Shown here piece by piece: positions 38,004 to 50,881 of a stretch of 64,000 bases of DNA. Numbering within the stretch: position 1 is the stretch's first letter; every line of letters begins with the position of its first letter. This DNA comes from Sphaerodactylus townsendi. Lineage: Eukaryota. The stretch lies in assembly GCF_021028975.2 (NCBI RefSeq), contig NC_059435.1:52204001-52268000 (forward strand), read 5' to 3'. The position numbers and the translations under genes are program-made. The notes under the pieces are model-generated. The model did no database searches, was not told the DNA's origin, and saw only the letters and a list, made by a program, of their open reading frames with translations.

Positions 38004-39704
38004 AAGAACATAAGAACATAAGAACAAGCCAGCTAGATCAGACCAGAGTCCATCTAGTCCAGCTCTCTGCTACTCACAGTGGCCCACCAGGTGCCTTTGG
38101 GAGCTCACAGGCAGGAGGTGAAAGCAATGGCCTTCTGCAGCTGTTGCTCCCGATCACCTGGTCTGTTAAGGCATTTTCAATCTCAGATCAAAGAGGATCA
38201 AGATTGGTAGCCATAAATCGACTTCTCCTCCATAAATCTGTCCAAGCCCTTTTTAAAGCTATCCAGGTTAGTGGCCATCATCACCTCCTGTGGCAGCATA
38301 TTCCAAACACCAATCACACGTTGCGTGAAGAAGTGTTTCCTTTTATTAGTTCTAATTCTTCCCCCCAGCATTTTCAATGTATGCCCCCTGGTTCTAGTAT
38401 TGTGAGAAAGAGAGAAAAATGTCTCTCTGTCAACATTTTCTACCCCATGCATACAATTTTTGTAGACTTCTTAATCATATCCCCCCTCAGCCTCCTCTCC
38501 AAACTAAAGAGTCCTGCAACTACGCTGCCAGCCTCTCCTCATAGGGAAGGTGCTCCAGTCCCTCAATCATCCTTGTTGCCCTTCTCTCTGCACTTTTTTT
38601 CTATCTCCTCAATATCCTTTTTTTTGAGGTGCTTGGCTGACTACAGAACTGGACACAGTACTCCAAGTCGCGGTCGCGATCACTTGCTTTATATAAGGGC
38701 ATGACAATCTTTTGCAGTTTTATTTATCGAATTCCTTTTCTAACGCATCCCCAGTGCATAGAGTTTGCCTTTTTCACAGCTTTACTATGCATTTTGAGTT
38801 GACATTCCCATGGGAACTATCAACCTAAGGCGCCTAAATCCACTTTCTCCTGGTTCAGACTGATAGCACTGACCCCTGTAGCAGGTGTGTATGTGAAGTT
38901 TGGATTTTTTTGCCCCTATGTGCATCACTCTTTTATCATTTTAGCTACATTGAACTACCGCATTTGCCATTTTCTGAGCCCACTCACCTAATTCTGTATC
39001 CAAGGCAACCCGGCTTTGGAGCTGTACCTTTCAAGCAATCCTTTGTGGTTCTCTACCAATTCTGCTACACATAATTTGGTATCATCTGCAAACTTGGCCA
39101 CCACGCTACCCACCCCTACTTCCAGGTCATCTATGAATAGGTTAAAGAGCACTGGTCCCAAAACGGATCCTTGGGGGACAATTCCTCACTCCCGACCATC
39201 TCTCCATTGCTTGAAGAACTTCCCATTTACACCCACTCTTTGTTTCCTGTTTCTCAACCAGTTTTTAATCCATAGGAGGACTTCCCCTCTTATTCCTTCA
39301 CTGCTGAGTTTTCTCAACAGTCTCTGGTGAGGAACTTTGTCAAAAGCCTTTTGGAAATCCAAGTAGACAATGTCCACCAGTTCACCCCTGTCCACATGCC
39401 TGTTTACACCCTCAAAGAACTCTAGTAAGTTTGTAAGACAGGATTTGCTTCTGCAAAAGCCATGCTGACTCTTTCTCAGCAGGTCTTGCTTTTCTACACG
39501 TTTAATAATTTTATCTTTAATGATAGATTCTACTAATTTACCAGGAACAGATGTCAAACTAACTGGCCTGTAATTTCCCGGGTCCCCTCTAGATCCTTTC
39601 TTAAAGATTGGTGTGACATGGCCATCTTCCAGTCTTCAGGGATGGAGCCTGATTTCAGGGATAAGTTGCATATTAAAGTGAGAAGATCAGCAATTTCATG
39701 CTTG
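38004..39704 (-). mobile_element. 5'-truncated CR1 LINE (~1.7 kb, RT domain to 3' tail)
   Basis: SQHGFCRSKSCLTNLLEFFE..DIVYLDFQKAFDKVPHQRLL and RTRGHTLK..RKHFFTQRVIGVWNMLP, an (ATGTTCTT)n tail, and flanking duplication AATTTAAGA. Confidence 0.95.
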
Positions 39705-39713
39705 AATTTAAGA

Positions 39714-40330
39714 CCCTTTAACCACATATTATCCCACTGATCCATAATATACCCATAATATACGCAAAGTGAGTGGCCCATTTAATCATACAAACCCATT
39801 CTTCCTTTGTTTAAAATTTCAACAGAAGTATACACATTTTGGCAATAACATAATCATCAGTCATACACAGTTCTACTTCAAATTCAGTTTTAGAATATTC
39901 AAAATCATGAGATATTTTATTTGCTTCAACTCTTTCTAATAATTCTGCATAGAAAAACCAATGATATCTTTCTGCTACCAAATCTTCTCTTAATTTCATT
40001 TTGGATTCTCCTTAAGAGAAATCTAATGTATCACAATATGTTAACCACCTATTGCCTGTACAAGGACTTCCTGTGATGAAAGCTATAACAGAGGTTTCCA
40101 ACCCAAGTCCTTTCCCTTATTTAAATTAAGTTCAAAAATTATTTTTTCTTATAGTCCCGAACAATTATGTCCTTCTGAAATAAAGCTTCATTTAATCTCC
40201 ATCTAAAAGATTTTCTTTTACAAACCAGGCTTACAGGATTATTATCTGAAAATGCCTTCGGTAGGGTTTCCACCTGAGCTTACTAATAAAGTCTTCAGAA
40301 ACCCAGCTCATATTTATTTTGAAAAAGATC
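39714..40330 (-). mobile_element. L1-type LINE ORF2 fragment (5' part, split by CR1)
   Basis: WFFYAELLER..KTEFEVELC..IAKMCILLLK and WDNMWLKGLKF continue into the 37690-37998 piece. The 5' boundary is approximate. Confidence 0.72.
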
Positions 40331-40389
40331 TATCTCTTTCTGAGAAATAGCGGTAGTCTCTTGAGTTTTCATTTTTATGTCCCCATATT

Positions 40390-40525
40390 CAGGGGTCTGC
40401 AACCTGCGGCTCTCCAGATGTTCATGGACTACAGATGTTTATGAACTACAATTGGCCATGCTGGCAGGGGCTGATGGGATTTATAGTCCATGAACATCTG
40501 GAGAGCCGCAGGTTGCAGGCCCCTG
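40390..40525. mobile_element. hAT MITE (family of 15914)
   Basis: TIR CAGGGGTCTGCAACCTGCGGCTCTCCAGATGTTCATGGACTA. Imperfect TSD cccatatt/ccatatat. Confidence 0.88.
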
Positions 40526-41431
40526 CCATATATCAATCAAACCCATGTTGTCCATCAAATCAAAAAAAGTTTTCTTAAAATGGCATTACCTACTTTTGTC
40601 CAGCACGGCTTTACACATTCAAGGTAACATTGTTAGACACGCATGCAGAGAAGAAAATTGGTGTCTGGAGAAGCACACTGAAAGTTGGCATGACACACTC
40701 ACAATAACCAACTGTTTTCATTTCCGTAATTAAGATCTCCTGCCGTTATAGGAGCTGACGCTTCCAAACCTCTTTGCAGGGAAAAGCCCATAAAGGAACA
40801 ATTATTTATATTAACTCTGAACAGTCTTCAGCTTCCAATAAGCAAGAGAGAAAGCCAGGCACCATGGGGTGCCTTCACACACATCCGCAGAGTGTGCCTG
40901 AATGACAAAGAATTTATCACTTTGAATGCCACTATTAAAGCAGAGAATTCCTCATTCTTCACCAAGCAGAAGTCCACGTCCTTGCTTTTGCATCATTTAC
41001 GCTGCCAAATGTCATGCAAATTGTTGGAAAAGTCTGCCTAGTTAAACAGCCTCATTTCAGATTGTGCTTACATAAAAAGGAGCATTTATTGTATTGCAAT
41101 CAGCACCACTGAGGAACACCATAAAAAGCAGCAAGTGTCCAATTGCCTGAATATGGGCTGGCAAACAAGAGATTAATTTGTTTTATTAGGTCCCAGATGT
41201 CTTAGAATTCCTGTTACACATTCACAGCATGTTAGAATGCCCATCATCATATAAATCACATAATCTCATTAAAGAAAATATTGGTAGTCATAAGGGCACG
41301 ATAAACATACTAAATAGCAGGATACAGCACTTAACAGACAAATGTGTACAATGACTAATCATTCAGCGTCCATATACTGCAAAAGCAAGAATGGGAGAAA
41401 AGTCAGCATATACTGAGACAATAATTAGTAA

Positions 41432-41737
41432 AGCCAGTGTGGTGTAGTGGTTAAGAGCAGGTGGATTCTAATCTGGACAACCTGGTTTGATTCCCCACTT
41501 CACCTGAGTGGTGGAGGCTTATCTGAGTCAGATGTGTTTCCGCACTCCTATATTCCTGCTGGGTGACCTTGGGCTAGTCACAAATATTCAGCACTCTCAC
41601 AGCCCCACCTACCTCACAAGGTGGCTGTTGTAGGGAGAGGGAGGGAAAGGAGCTTGTAAGCCACCTTGAGTCTCCTTACAGGAGAGAAAGATGGGATATA
41701 AATCCAAACTCCTCCTCCTCCTCCTCCTCCTCCTCCT
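41432..41737 (+). mobile_element. Squam3-like tRNA SINE with (CCT)n tail
   Basis: A-box gtggtgtagtgg, B-box ggtttgattcccc, full body, microsatellite tail. Confidence 0.88.
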
Positions 41738-41922
41738 CAAGTACTCTTATCAAATTCTGATAACGAATGAGAGTCACCTTACATTTCTTTCATATTCCAA
41801 AAGTATCTTCACATGGTATACCTTAAAAGGCTTCGAAACATTCAGTTGCTTGTACATGCTCACTGCATTGTCCCCCAGATCTCCCGTTCTCATTTTCTCA
41901 CATAAGCACGTACATTTTAGAG

Positions 41923-42265
41923 GAAGAGTTTCCAAAGTGGTGCCTACCAACACCTTAACCTTGTGCCCACCAAATCTTTTTAGAAAGTGGGTGGAACCAG
42001 GCAGGACTCTTGTCTTGCACTGCTTCTGAAGTGGTTCACTGATTGACCATGCAAATTAAAATAAGGTTGCTTTGGCAGCAGCTACCGACAATGTTGGTTT
42101 CATTCTCTCTCTTCTTTTCTAATGTATTTTTTAAAATTATGTTTCTTCTCCCCTGTACTTGGGTGTGTGTGTGGTTGTATCTCCCATGGCATTTTGTGAC
42201 TGTGCTCATCACCTGTGCTAGAATTCTAAAGGTGCCCACAAGTTCAAAAAGGTCGGGGACCCCTG
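41923..42265. mobile_element. Old hAT-Charlie-like non-autonomous element
   Basis: Right end aaaaaggtcggggacccctg, degenerate left end, 8-bp TSD ttttagag/ctttagag. Confidence 0.65.
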
Positions 42266-42984
42266 CTTTAGAGTCACAGGATCAGCAGGCAGCCCAGTAC
42301 CAACCCTAATAAACTGATTATGAACAATAAAACCCATGACGTTTGCACACTAAAATCATGTCAAAATGAAAAAAATGTATTTCACGTCTGTTGCTTGTTG
42401 TCAGAAACATTCAAATGGCATTTTTGTACCCGTCTGCTTGATGAATTTGCAATGCTGAATATGCTGTTCATAAAGTTCTTCCCTTTGGAGTTTAGCTGCC
42501 AAATTATATTATGTCACAAAAATCTCACAATTCCCTTGTTGCTGCCTGCCATTCAGCTGTATTGCATTCAAGCATCTTAACAAGCAGCACAGAATGTGCA
42601 CCACAGGACATCTCCAGCTATGGGATTTTATACTTGAATATAATAAGCGGTACTTCACACACTGTGCATTTCCTAAACATAAATCACTTTGTGAAGAAAG
42701 AGACTTGAGAACCTCGTGTGTATTTACTTTATTTAACACATCTATAGATGAGACTTTTCTCCCAGAAAAATGGGACCCAATAAGGCCAATACACCACAAA
42801 AAAAGAGAATAACCATTAAAGCAGCAGCAAGTTTAAAAACAGAGTCTCAGCAGCTGCCCTTCACAGTCAGTTTAAAAAAACCACACATTCAGATGAGCCA
42901 AAAGGCCTGCTAAAAAGACCATATTGTGCAGACTCTACACAGATACTTAAACAAGCACCATGGCATGGATGGGAGTGATGGGAG

Positions 42985-43510
42985 TGTAACCCCCATGCTC
43001 AGAATGGGTTGACCCAGAAAGGGGTGGAGACTCAAAGCAGCAGAAGGCTGCAGAGCTCATAGTTTGGAGGAGACAAGGCTACCAGACTCAGACCTTGGTT
43101 TGTATAAGCCCTTAACACCTTGTTAAGGTAACTGCAATGTTGTTGGGAACTACTGGGAAGGTAATTGTTTATTTTTGCTATGTTGTAAATGTTGGAGTTT
43201 ATTGTTTCAGGGTTTCTTTTTGTGGTTGTAATGGGTGAGAGTTCTCCTGGAAACCTTCATCATGTTGAATCCTGTTCATCAAGCCCTTGGAGTCTTCAGG
43301 AGCCAACCCAATTGCAAAGAAGAACTGGACTTGGCAGTATCAGTAGACTGTAAATATAAGGACTTGAAAATGCAACCTGAACAGGACCTTGAAGTGTGAT
43401 GTTAAAGGTAGATGCTATATGTTAAGAAAGTAAACAATTTTGTTTTTAAAATTTGTTGTTGCAAACTCATTCCAAGTTCTGCCCCACAGAACCCACAGTT
43501 AGAGGTTACA
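42985..43510 (+). mobile_element. Solo LTR, copy 1 (526 bp)
   Basis: TGTAACC...GGTTACA termini, 4-bp TSD ggag/gaag, TATA-like tataag and AGTAAA signal on the plus strand. Colinear with 55367-55916. Confidence 0.85.
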
Positions 43511-46250
43511 GAAGCAGGAGAGCTATGCCATTTTGGCCTCAGTATGTCTCTACCTAGGCTTGAGAGCCCCTCCTTTGAGATATTCAGGAATCCCATGATA
43601 CCCAGGAATCAGTGCTTGAAAACAAACTGAGACTCCCCCTCCTTGGAAGAGATCGCTTTTCAGTCAAGGCCAGTACCTTGGCCTCATTAGAAGGGACACA
43701 GATCCTGGCTAAAGTCGCACACCCTTTCTTGCCCCAGCCTCACAGGAAGGGAAGCAGCTCATGGTTGTTAGCTGGTACTGTGGGCTGCACACCATGTTTC
43801 TGTGGGCCACACTTGGTTCACATTTATTTTATTTACATTATTTGTCAGTTACCTTTGCCACTTGCATTCAAGGTAGATTACACATTTTGTTCATCTGTTG
43901 AAGACAAAGATCTGCCCCTGAGCCTGGGGGCGGGTGCAGGGGGAGCGCGCAGAGAAGGAGTTGTCTCTGGGCGCCATTCCCCCCCCCCCATACGCCTCTG
44001 TGCCGAACAATGCACATTCAATCCACTTTCACAATTGTTTGCAAGTGGATTTTGCTATACTGCACAGTAAAATCCTGCTGCAAAGTGCACTGAAAGTGCA
44101 TTATTCTGCATGTGTGGAAGAGGCCTGAGAGAGACCAACCCAAGTAACTCAGCAAGTTTCCACAGTAGCATACGGATTCAGACTTGGGTATTCTAAATTC
44201 TAGTCTGAGACTCCAGCCACTGCACCATACTAGCTGTCTACAGATGCTTAGTATGTTCTACAGTACTGGCCAATTATAAAGATATGTTAAAAATTCCTAA
44301 ATATTTGCCATGCTTATATCACAACATTCTATGATCAGGAGAAAGAAGCCCTGTACAATAAAACCATTTTAAAGTTAGATGAGTTTCAAAAAGCACACAA
44401 TTTCACTAGTGACATATAAACATTCCTACCCCAAATGAAAACAACATATCAAACAAACTTTAATGATCAGCTCTAAAAGTTTCAGCTATTTTAATTACAG
44501 TGCTACCTTTGCTAAATTTGCCAAACCAGCAAGTATTTACTATGCCCTTACTATGTTCTTACTAGGGAGATACTTAAAGGCATTTTACAGGATCTAATTC
44601 TTTACAGGATCTAATTTTACAAAACTAATCAAATCAGCCAATTCCTAGCATGGAAAAACTGTACTTTGAGACTGAACACTACACTGACTGTAGGAGACCC
44701 CATCCATAAACCTAGTTTAACAGCATAATAGTGTAGCTATCAGGAAGCAAATAATATGGCCAGATCTGAAACGAAGCAGATTCTTTCCTCCCAGACAAAA
44801 CAGTTTTGCCCACATGCAGTTCTTCCTGCGCCTTCCTTCTTTTCCCAGAAGTATGAACACTCCCTTTTAAAATGCTTTTAAAAACTTATTCTATTAAGTA
44901 ATTCAGGCTGTGATCCAAAAACATTATAAGAACAAGCACTTAGATTTCTGACATCTATCAAAATGAAAGGCACCAACCACTTTCACATTTAAGTACTATG
45001 GAATGGCTGCAATTAAAAAGAAAGAAAAAAGCCAAAATGTGAAAGTTTTGTTGTGATTTTGAACATCTAAAAAAGCAGCAAACATATATTTAAAAAGCTA
45101 AAATCACTAAGTCACCCAGCTTTAGTTACAAGCTACAGAGGTTGAAACCACACCTGGGACACCATTTCCCAACACCCAATATTTTTCAAAAAACACAAAT
45201 CAACATGGTCAGTACAAGAAGAGTCAAAAGGGGGGATAATTCCCTGTAAATTGCAGCGAGTTTTTAAATGGAAGAACATTCAGAATATGGTTACTTCCTC
45301 CTGCAACTGTCATATAGCTACCATGGCCAACCTCCAGATGTTGGCTGGAGAGCTCCCATTATTACAATTAATCTCCAGGTGATAGAGATCAGTTCACTTG
45401 CAGAAAACGGCATTAAATTCTGTTTAAACCTCTCCCCTCCTTCATCCCTCACTCTCCTCAGGCTCCACCCCCAAAATCTTCAGGTATTTCCAAATCCAGA
45501 GCTAGCAACCCTACTCCTTCTTACCACTTCGGAATTCTGTAAACTCTCCTGTAAACCAGCCCTGAATACCAGACAAACGAAGAATTGCAGACAATGTTTG
45601 CATCTGAATTCCCAGGTTAAATTATTCCATTAAAAGAACAAAAAGTTAGTCTAGTTACATTAAAATTAAAAGTTAGTCCCTGACCTTCATTAAAAGGCCA
45701 TTTCAATTTAACTTCACAGAAAGTAAGATGCGGCCTGAAGGTTTAGAAAACACAGTACACAAACAAGCATAGAGAGAATTGTGGTGTAAGGGTTCTCCTT
45801 ACATTTGCTTACATTTCCAGGACTGTCCCCAAGGAATTTCATATTTCCACAATAAATGGGAAAAAGGCTGACCAACACAATTATGCATGTAAAAGATTAG
45901 AAAGTTCTGTCGATCACTCATTCACAGCATTGAAGAGAAGATCAATAGAAAACTCTGGATAAACAAATGAGAAAAGCAATCAGCTCTTATCTTTTGATGA
46001 GAAAAGGTTCTGTTTTACCACCGAAAGACTATTAGATTTAGGAAAATGGGCTGGTAATGGCTACATCAAAGACAAGACTTCATTACCAGAAGAGTACAAA
46101 TGCATTTTAAATTCTCACATGAGTTTATGCAATTACATTATCCACACCAGGAAACATTTTGTGCTAAATGTTAAATAAAACCTGAAGTACCCTTGAAAGG
46201 AGATGCCCCAAAACTGATTTTCCTGAACAACTAAGCAAGTCAAACTATTG

Positions 46251-46877
46251 CAGAGGCGTTCCTCCCATTGGGCAAAGTGGGCAGCTGCCCAGGGCGCCAC
46301 CTTGTGGTGGCCGACAAAATTGTAGGTTCATTTGTGGGGGATTTTGTATTTTCAGTGTTTTTTCTGCTTTTTGGCCTGCAAGGGGCGTGGATTTTAGCCT
46401 AGTAGCACCAAAATTTCAGGGATTTTTTGGGAGACTCTCCTGATGATATGACCCGGGTTTGGTGAGGTTTGGTTTAGGGAGTCCAAAGTTATGAACTCCC
46501 AAAGGGAGTGCCCCATCCCCCATTGTTTCCAACGGGAGCTAATAGGAGATGGGGGCTACACCTTTGAGGGTCCATAACTTTGGACTCCCTGAACCAAACT
46601 TCACCAAACTTGGGTGATATCATCAGTAGGGTCTCACAAAGATACTCTGAAATTTTGGTGCTGCTATCTTAATAATTGCACCCCTGACAACAGGCACCCC
46701 CTAAATTTCTCCAGATTCTCTTTTTAAATCCAGATTTGTGAGTTGGGGGATGTTCTAAAATATGATGGTTTTGATCAAAATCATTGTTTGATCATGGTGG
46801 GGGAAGGTGGCCGCCCATGGGAGGGGCATCAAATCCAGGTTTTGCCCAGGGCTCCAGTTTGCCTAGGTATGCCTCTG
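46251..46877. mobile_element. Non-autonomous hAT transposon (627 bp) with long internal inverted repeat
   Basis: Termini CAGAGGC / GCCTCTG and perfect 8-bp TSD AACTATTG (46243-46250, 46878-46885). Confidence 0.88.
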
Positions 46878-47699
46878 AACTATTGTGATTTATATTGTAC
46901 ACAGATATGTGTATACTACACCTGTGATCTACTATTATTATTATTCAGATTGAACAACGTCCCTACTTAGTCTTTGGCTTCACAGAGGGAATGGCATATA
47001 CTGAACCTAGCGTTCTGCGAAGGGTTAACATACACTTTGTGTTATTATTCAGGCTCTACAGTTCTGTACAAGACATTTTCTTTTAATCTGCACACATGTT
47101 GCCCAATGAGACAGTACCTTCTTTGCATGCACAAGGTCTCAGGTCCAATTTCTGACACAGAAGGCAGTTGGTAATATGAAAGACCTCAACCTGCAAAACT
47201 GGAGAGTTGCTGCCAATCGACAGTAAACCAGTGACTTCCCTACAAAGTGGTAGCTGCTTGCTTACGGCTTTGTTCCATCTCACTGGGAGCAGAAGGAATT
47301 TTAGAAAAATGCCAGGAAGATTTGGATCTGTGAAGATGGCCATTCAGAACAGTTTCCCCTACTGTAACAGGATGCTTGGCTTGGAACCTCCAAACATTTT
47401 GCAATTGCCTCCCATGGCAGTCATTTTGTGGAGGTACCCACTACTTTTTCTCCAAATTCCAAGAGTTTCCATAGGTTCAACAAGAATAGAGACCCTCGAA
47501 TAGACAGTGCTGACCCTGACAGACCAATGGTCTGATGAAATATGCAGTCACATGTGACACTTACATACATACTCATTCAACTGATGAAACGTGATATTTC
47601 TAACCCACTCATACATTTTTTGTTTTTAAGATGCCTCAGGATTCTTGACTGTTGACCAACCAATGTCATAATTGGAATGAGATCTACATATATTTAATA

Positions 47700-48733
47700 C
47701 TAGCAGGGCCCGGCCATGCGTTGATGTGGCAATTGTCCTTCTCATCACAGTCTGCAACGCACACAGATGTCCATGCAGGTCCAATGATCCGCAGCATAGC
47801 CTTTTGGGGTGATCAAATGGAATCCCTCTTTTCCTTTTCAATTCACATTGTTATATGGTGGTGTCTTGTTTTTTTAGTATAAGGTAACCCTTTCCATTCC
47901 ACAACGGAACTGTCCAGAGTGCGAATCCCACTGTCCATGAGGCTAGTTGACACGCACAGTCCTGGCTTGGGGAAGGCAGAACTGGGGCAAGGAGGCTATC
48001 ACAGTCAGGCAGCAGAGGCAGGGTGGTGAGGTGCTCAGATCAAGGCCAGCTCCCTGGGTTCTTAAAGGGCCATGTGCAAAAGAAGCGGAGCCAGTATTGT
48101 TGGTTCGCCCCCACCCTGCGGATTTTCTTAGAAGAAAAAGGCAAACTCCAACTCGCTTTTAGTAAAAGAGAACTGTGGCGAATATGGGTGAGGAAGTGGG
48201 TAAGTGGTGGTTGGATGTGAGGGAGGGCAGAGGGAGGTGTGTGAGGATGAGCTGGATGTGTATGAAAGTATGTGTGTTATGTGGTAGCAGTGGGTGAGGC
48301 ACAGAGAATGAAAGTTACCTGTGTGTGAGGGGGGGAACCCCACCTGGTGTCTCACATGGCAAAGTGTGTATGGGTTTAACTTCGTCATATTACCTAACAG
48401 TATTACCTATTTACTGTTTTCAATGCTCATCTCTGCCCATCTGTGCGAACATTCTAAGGGCATACCAAGCCCTCAGGCTAGAGATAGTGCGAGGCTACGC
48501 GAACATTCCTAAAATTTGACAGAAGTTAAACTGAAAATAGCTTCATGGCCTGAATGCGTAGGAAAAAAAGATGTTTTACCTGGCTCAGGTATGGGCTTTC
48601 GGTGATTTGAAGGTCTGATTACCTGCCCGTAACAGGGAGGAGCGTCATGTGAAAATTTGGAAGCAATCCATCCAGCCATTTCGGCGTTAGGGCGTGACTA
48701 ACAGAGTCACTGTTAGCTTTTTATATAGATAGA
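47700..48733 (-). mobile_element. Non-autonomous Helitron (~1.03 kb)
   Basis: Minus strand reads A|TCTATCTATATAAAAAGC ... GCCACATCAACGCATGGCCGGGCCCTG-CTAG|T: 5' TC, 3' CTAG with a subterminal GC hairpin, inserted between A and T, no TSD. Confidence 0.8.
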
Positions 48734-49997
48734 TTCTGAAAAGCTACTGACTCATATCTCTTCCCCAAAATTTTATTTATAATCTAGGAATACCAACATT
48801 AGCACAAGGCCCTCTTTTGCTTTGAAACCATGATGCATGTACGATTAACCAATAAATTTTATCTAGCCTTCCATTCTTCTTAGGAAAAAAACCCCTCCAA
48901 ATCAGATGTTATTTACAGCAAGTCATAGTAATAATGGTGTCAGAGTCTCCGTCAATAACTCAGCCCCAACAATTAGCATTCTCCATGGATGTGATAAATC
49001 ACCAGATTATACACGTGAATCCCACTGATCTTAATAGAAGAGATGCTTACAAACTCTACTTGAAGTTTTTATGACTAAAATGTGTTTTACTTGAGCTCTA
49101 CAGATGGCCCTTTTGTGGAATCAATGCTAGCAAAATACCAGTATTAGGAAGCAACATCGAGGAAAGGTCTTGGATACTGTGCTCTGTTTTTCGGATTTCA
49201 AGGGCAACTAATATCTACAGTGTGAAACAGTTAGAGTACAGCAGCAGCTCAGAGGCAGCAAGAATTTTAGTGTATAAACTTTAGAGAGTCAAAGCTCTCT
49301 TCCTCATACATGGGCAGATCCACTGGTTTAGTTCAGCAGGACTGTCCTTATGTTCACAAATTCTGACTAGCAAGCAAATATTGAACGCTCTCTTCCTTAA
49401 CATCCAACATGACATTCATATTTCTTGTACAGCTAAAAAAAATGCTGAGACAACATTTAAAAACAATTCAAGAAAAGGTGGAATTAAGCTGTGGCTGAAA
49501 TGACTGCTACTGAAGCACTGGCTGCTAGAGCAAACCTCTCAGAAACACCACTTTATATGCTGCTCAATCACATTAAACTAAAATCAGATTAAATTATGAA
49601 TCTGAAAGGAGCAACCACAGATAATGTAATAAACTGGATGTGAGAGACTACGGTTAACTGTGACACAAATTCAAGGACAGGATTTTTGCACACAGACAAA
49701 ACACAACTCAATGTCATCCTAAATGGAAGTGTGCAAGAGATAACAGTACTATAAATTTTCTAGGCAAGAAAAAAGGTAATCATACAGAACCCACATCAAT
49801 TTAGTCTTTGTTCACTACAATGCCTGCACCATGCCCACCTTGTTTCCTCAGTAGAAATCTACATATATTACCAAGTCATTTTTTAATGCATGCATTTATA
49901 TTTCCCTCAGTTGCAAGACCTGAGCAAGGCTATTAATGATAGAATGTTTTGGAGGACCATGGTTCATAGGGTTGCCATGTCGGAAATGACTTAAAGA

Positions 49998-50191
49998 TGG
50001 TTCTGGTGAGTTTTCCAGGTCTGGTGGATCTTGTTCCTAACAGAGAAAAAGGTGTGATACACCTCTGAAGGTGCCAGCCACAGATGCAGGCGAAATGTTA
50101 GGAACAAGATCCACAAGACCACGGCCAAATAGCCTGGAAAACCCACCAGAACCAGTTGAATCCGGCCGTGAAAGCCTTCGACAATACATTG
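49998..50191 (+). mobile_element. Penelope-like pLTR with inverted 5' part; mutated hammerhead 50062-50102
   Basis: Same family as 24681 and 32512. The core reads CTGAAGG and GAAATGTT. Confidence 0.8.
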
Positions 50192-50629
50192 ACTTAAAGA
50201 TGCTTAACACACATATGTATTTATTAAGGATATTTCAATGCCATCTCTTCAGAGTCCTGCTCAAGGCAGCCTACAATTAAAACAATGTAACAGTAACAAA
50301 CAAACCATTAAAATAAACCACTGGTCAAACTACAAGTTCTGAAGTCTGATCTGTACCCAAGGAACTAAAGCCCGTGGTTGTGTCACACTGGGGAATCTAC
50401 AAATATATTACCAGTTCATTTCCCATTTTCATCTAATTTTATCTTTTATCACGTTCAATTAACACTGCATACGTCTCAGTTTCACCCTCATAGTACACAA
50501 CTACCTCTGGCAAGCCAGTGACCATCATGTATTTCCTTCTCTTATCTGTTCACTTCTCAAGACACCACCACAACCTCAAAAAATAAAAAACCTTTGGGAC
50601 AAGGGAAAAAATATTCATTTTCCTTAACC

Positions 50630-50644
50630 AGAGAGAGAGAGAGA

Positions 50645-50684
<40 letters not shown>
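50630..50684 (+). repeat. (GA)n microsatellite, interrupted
   Basis: Read directly from the sequence. Confidence 0.95.
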
Positions 50685-50687
<3 letters not shown>

Positions 50688-50881
50688 AGCAAAATAAAGT
50701 CTAGGCTTAACATAGATCTTACATATTATATGAATGCTTAGGAAAAACAAGCCTTGTTTGATAGCAGGAAACAATCAAGCTCCTTATCTTTAAGTAAATC
50801 AGGAAACAAGTTTGAAGAAGAAAGTTAGGATAATGCTTGCCTTTCTAACAGTTACTTCCTTCCAAGACAATTTTTCCATAT

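Noticed and set aside
49270-49310. Possible hammerhead of a second Penelope-like family (minus strand ATGAGGAAGAGAGCTTTGACTCTCTAAAG)
   Set aside because: Both core boxes are mutated (CUGANGA to AUGAGGA, GAAA to UAAA); at best a dead remnant.
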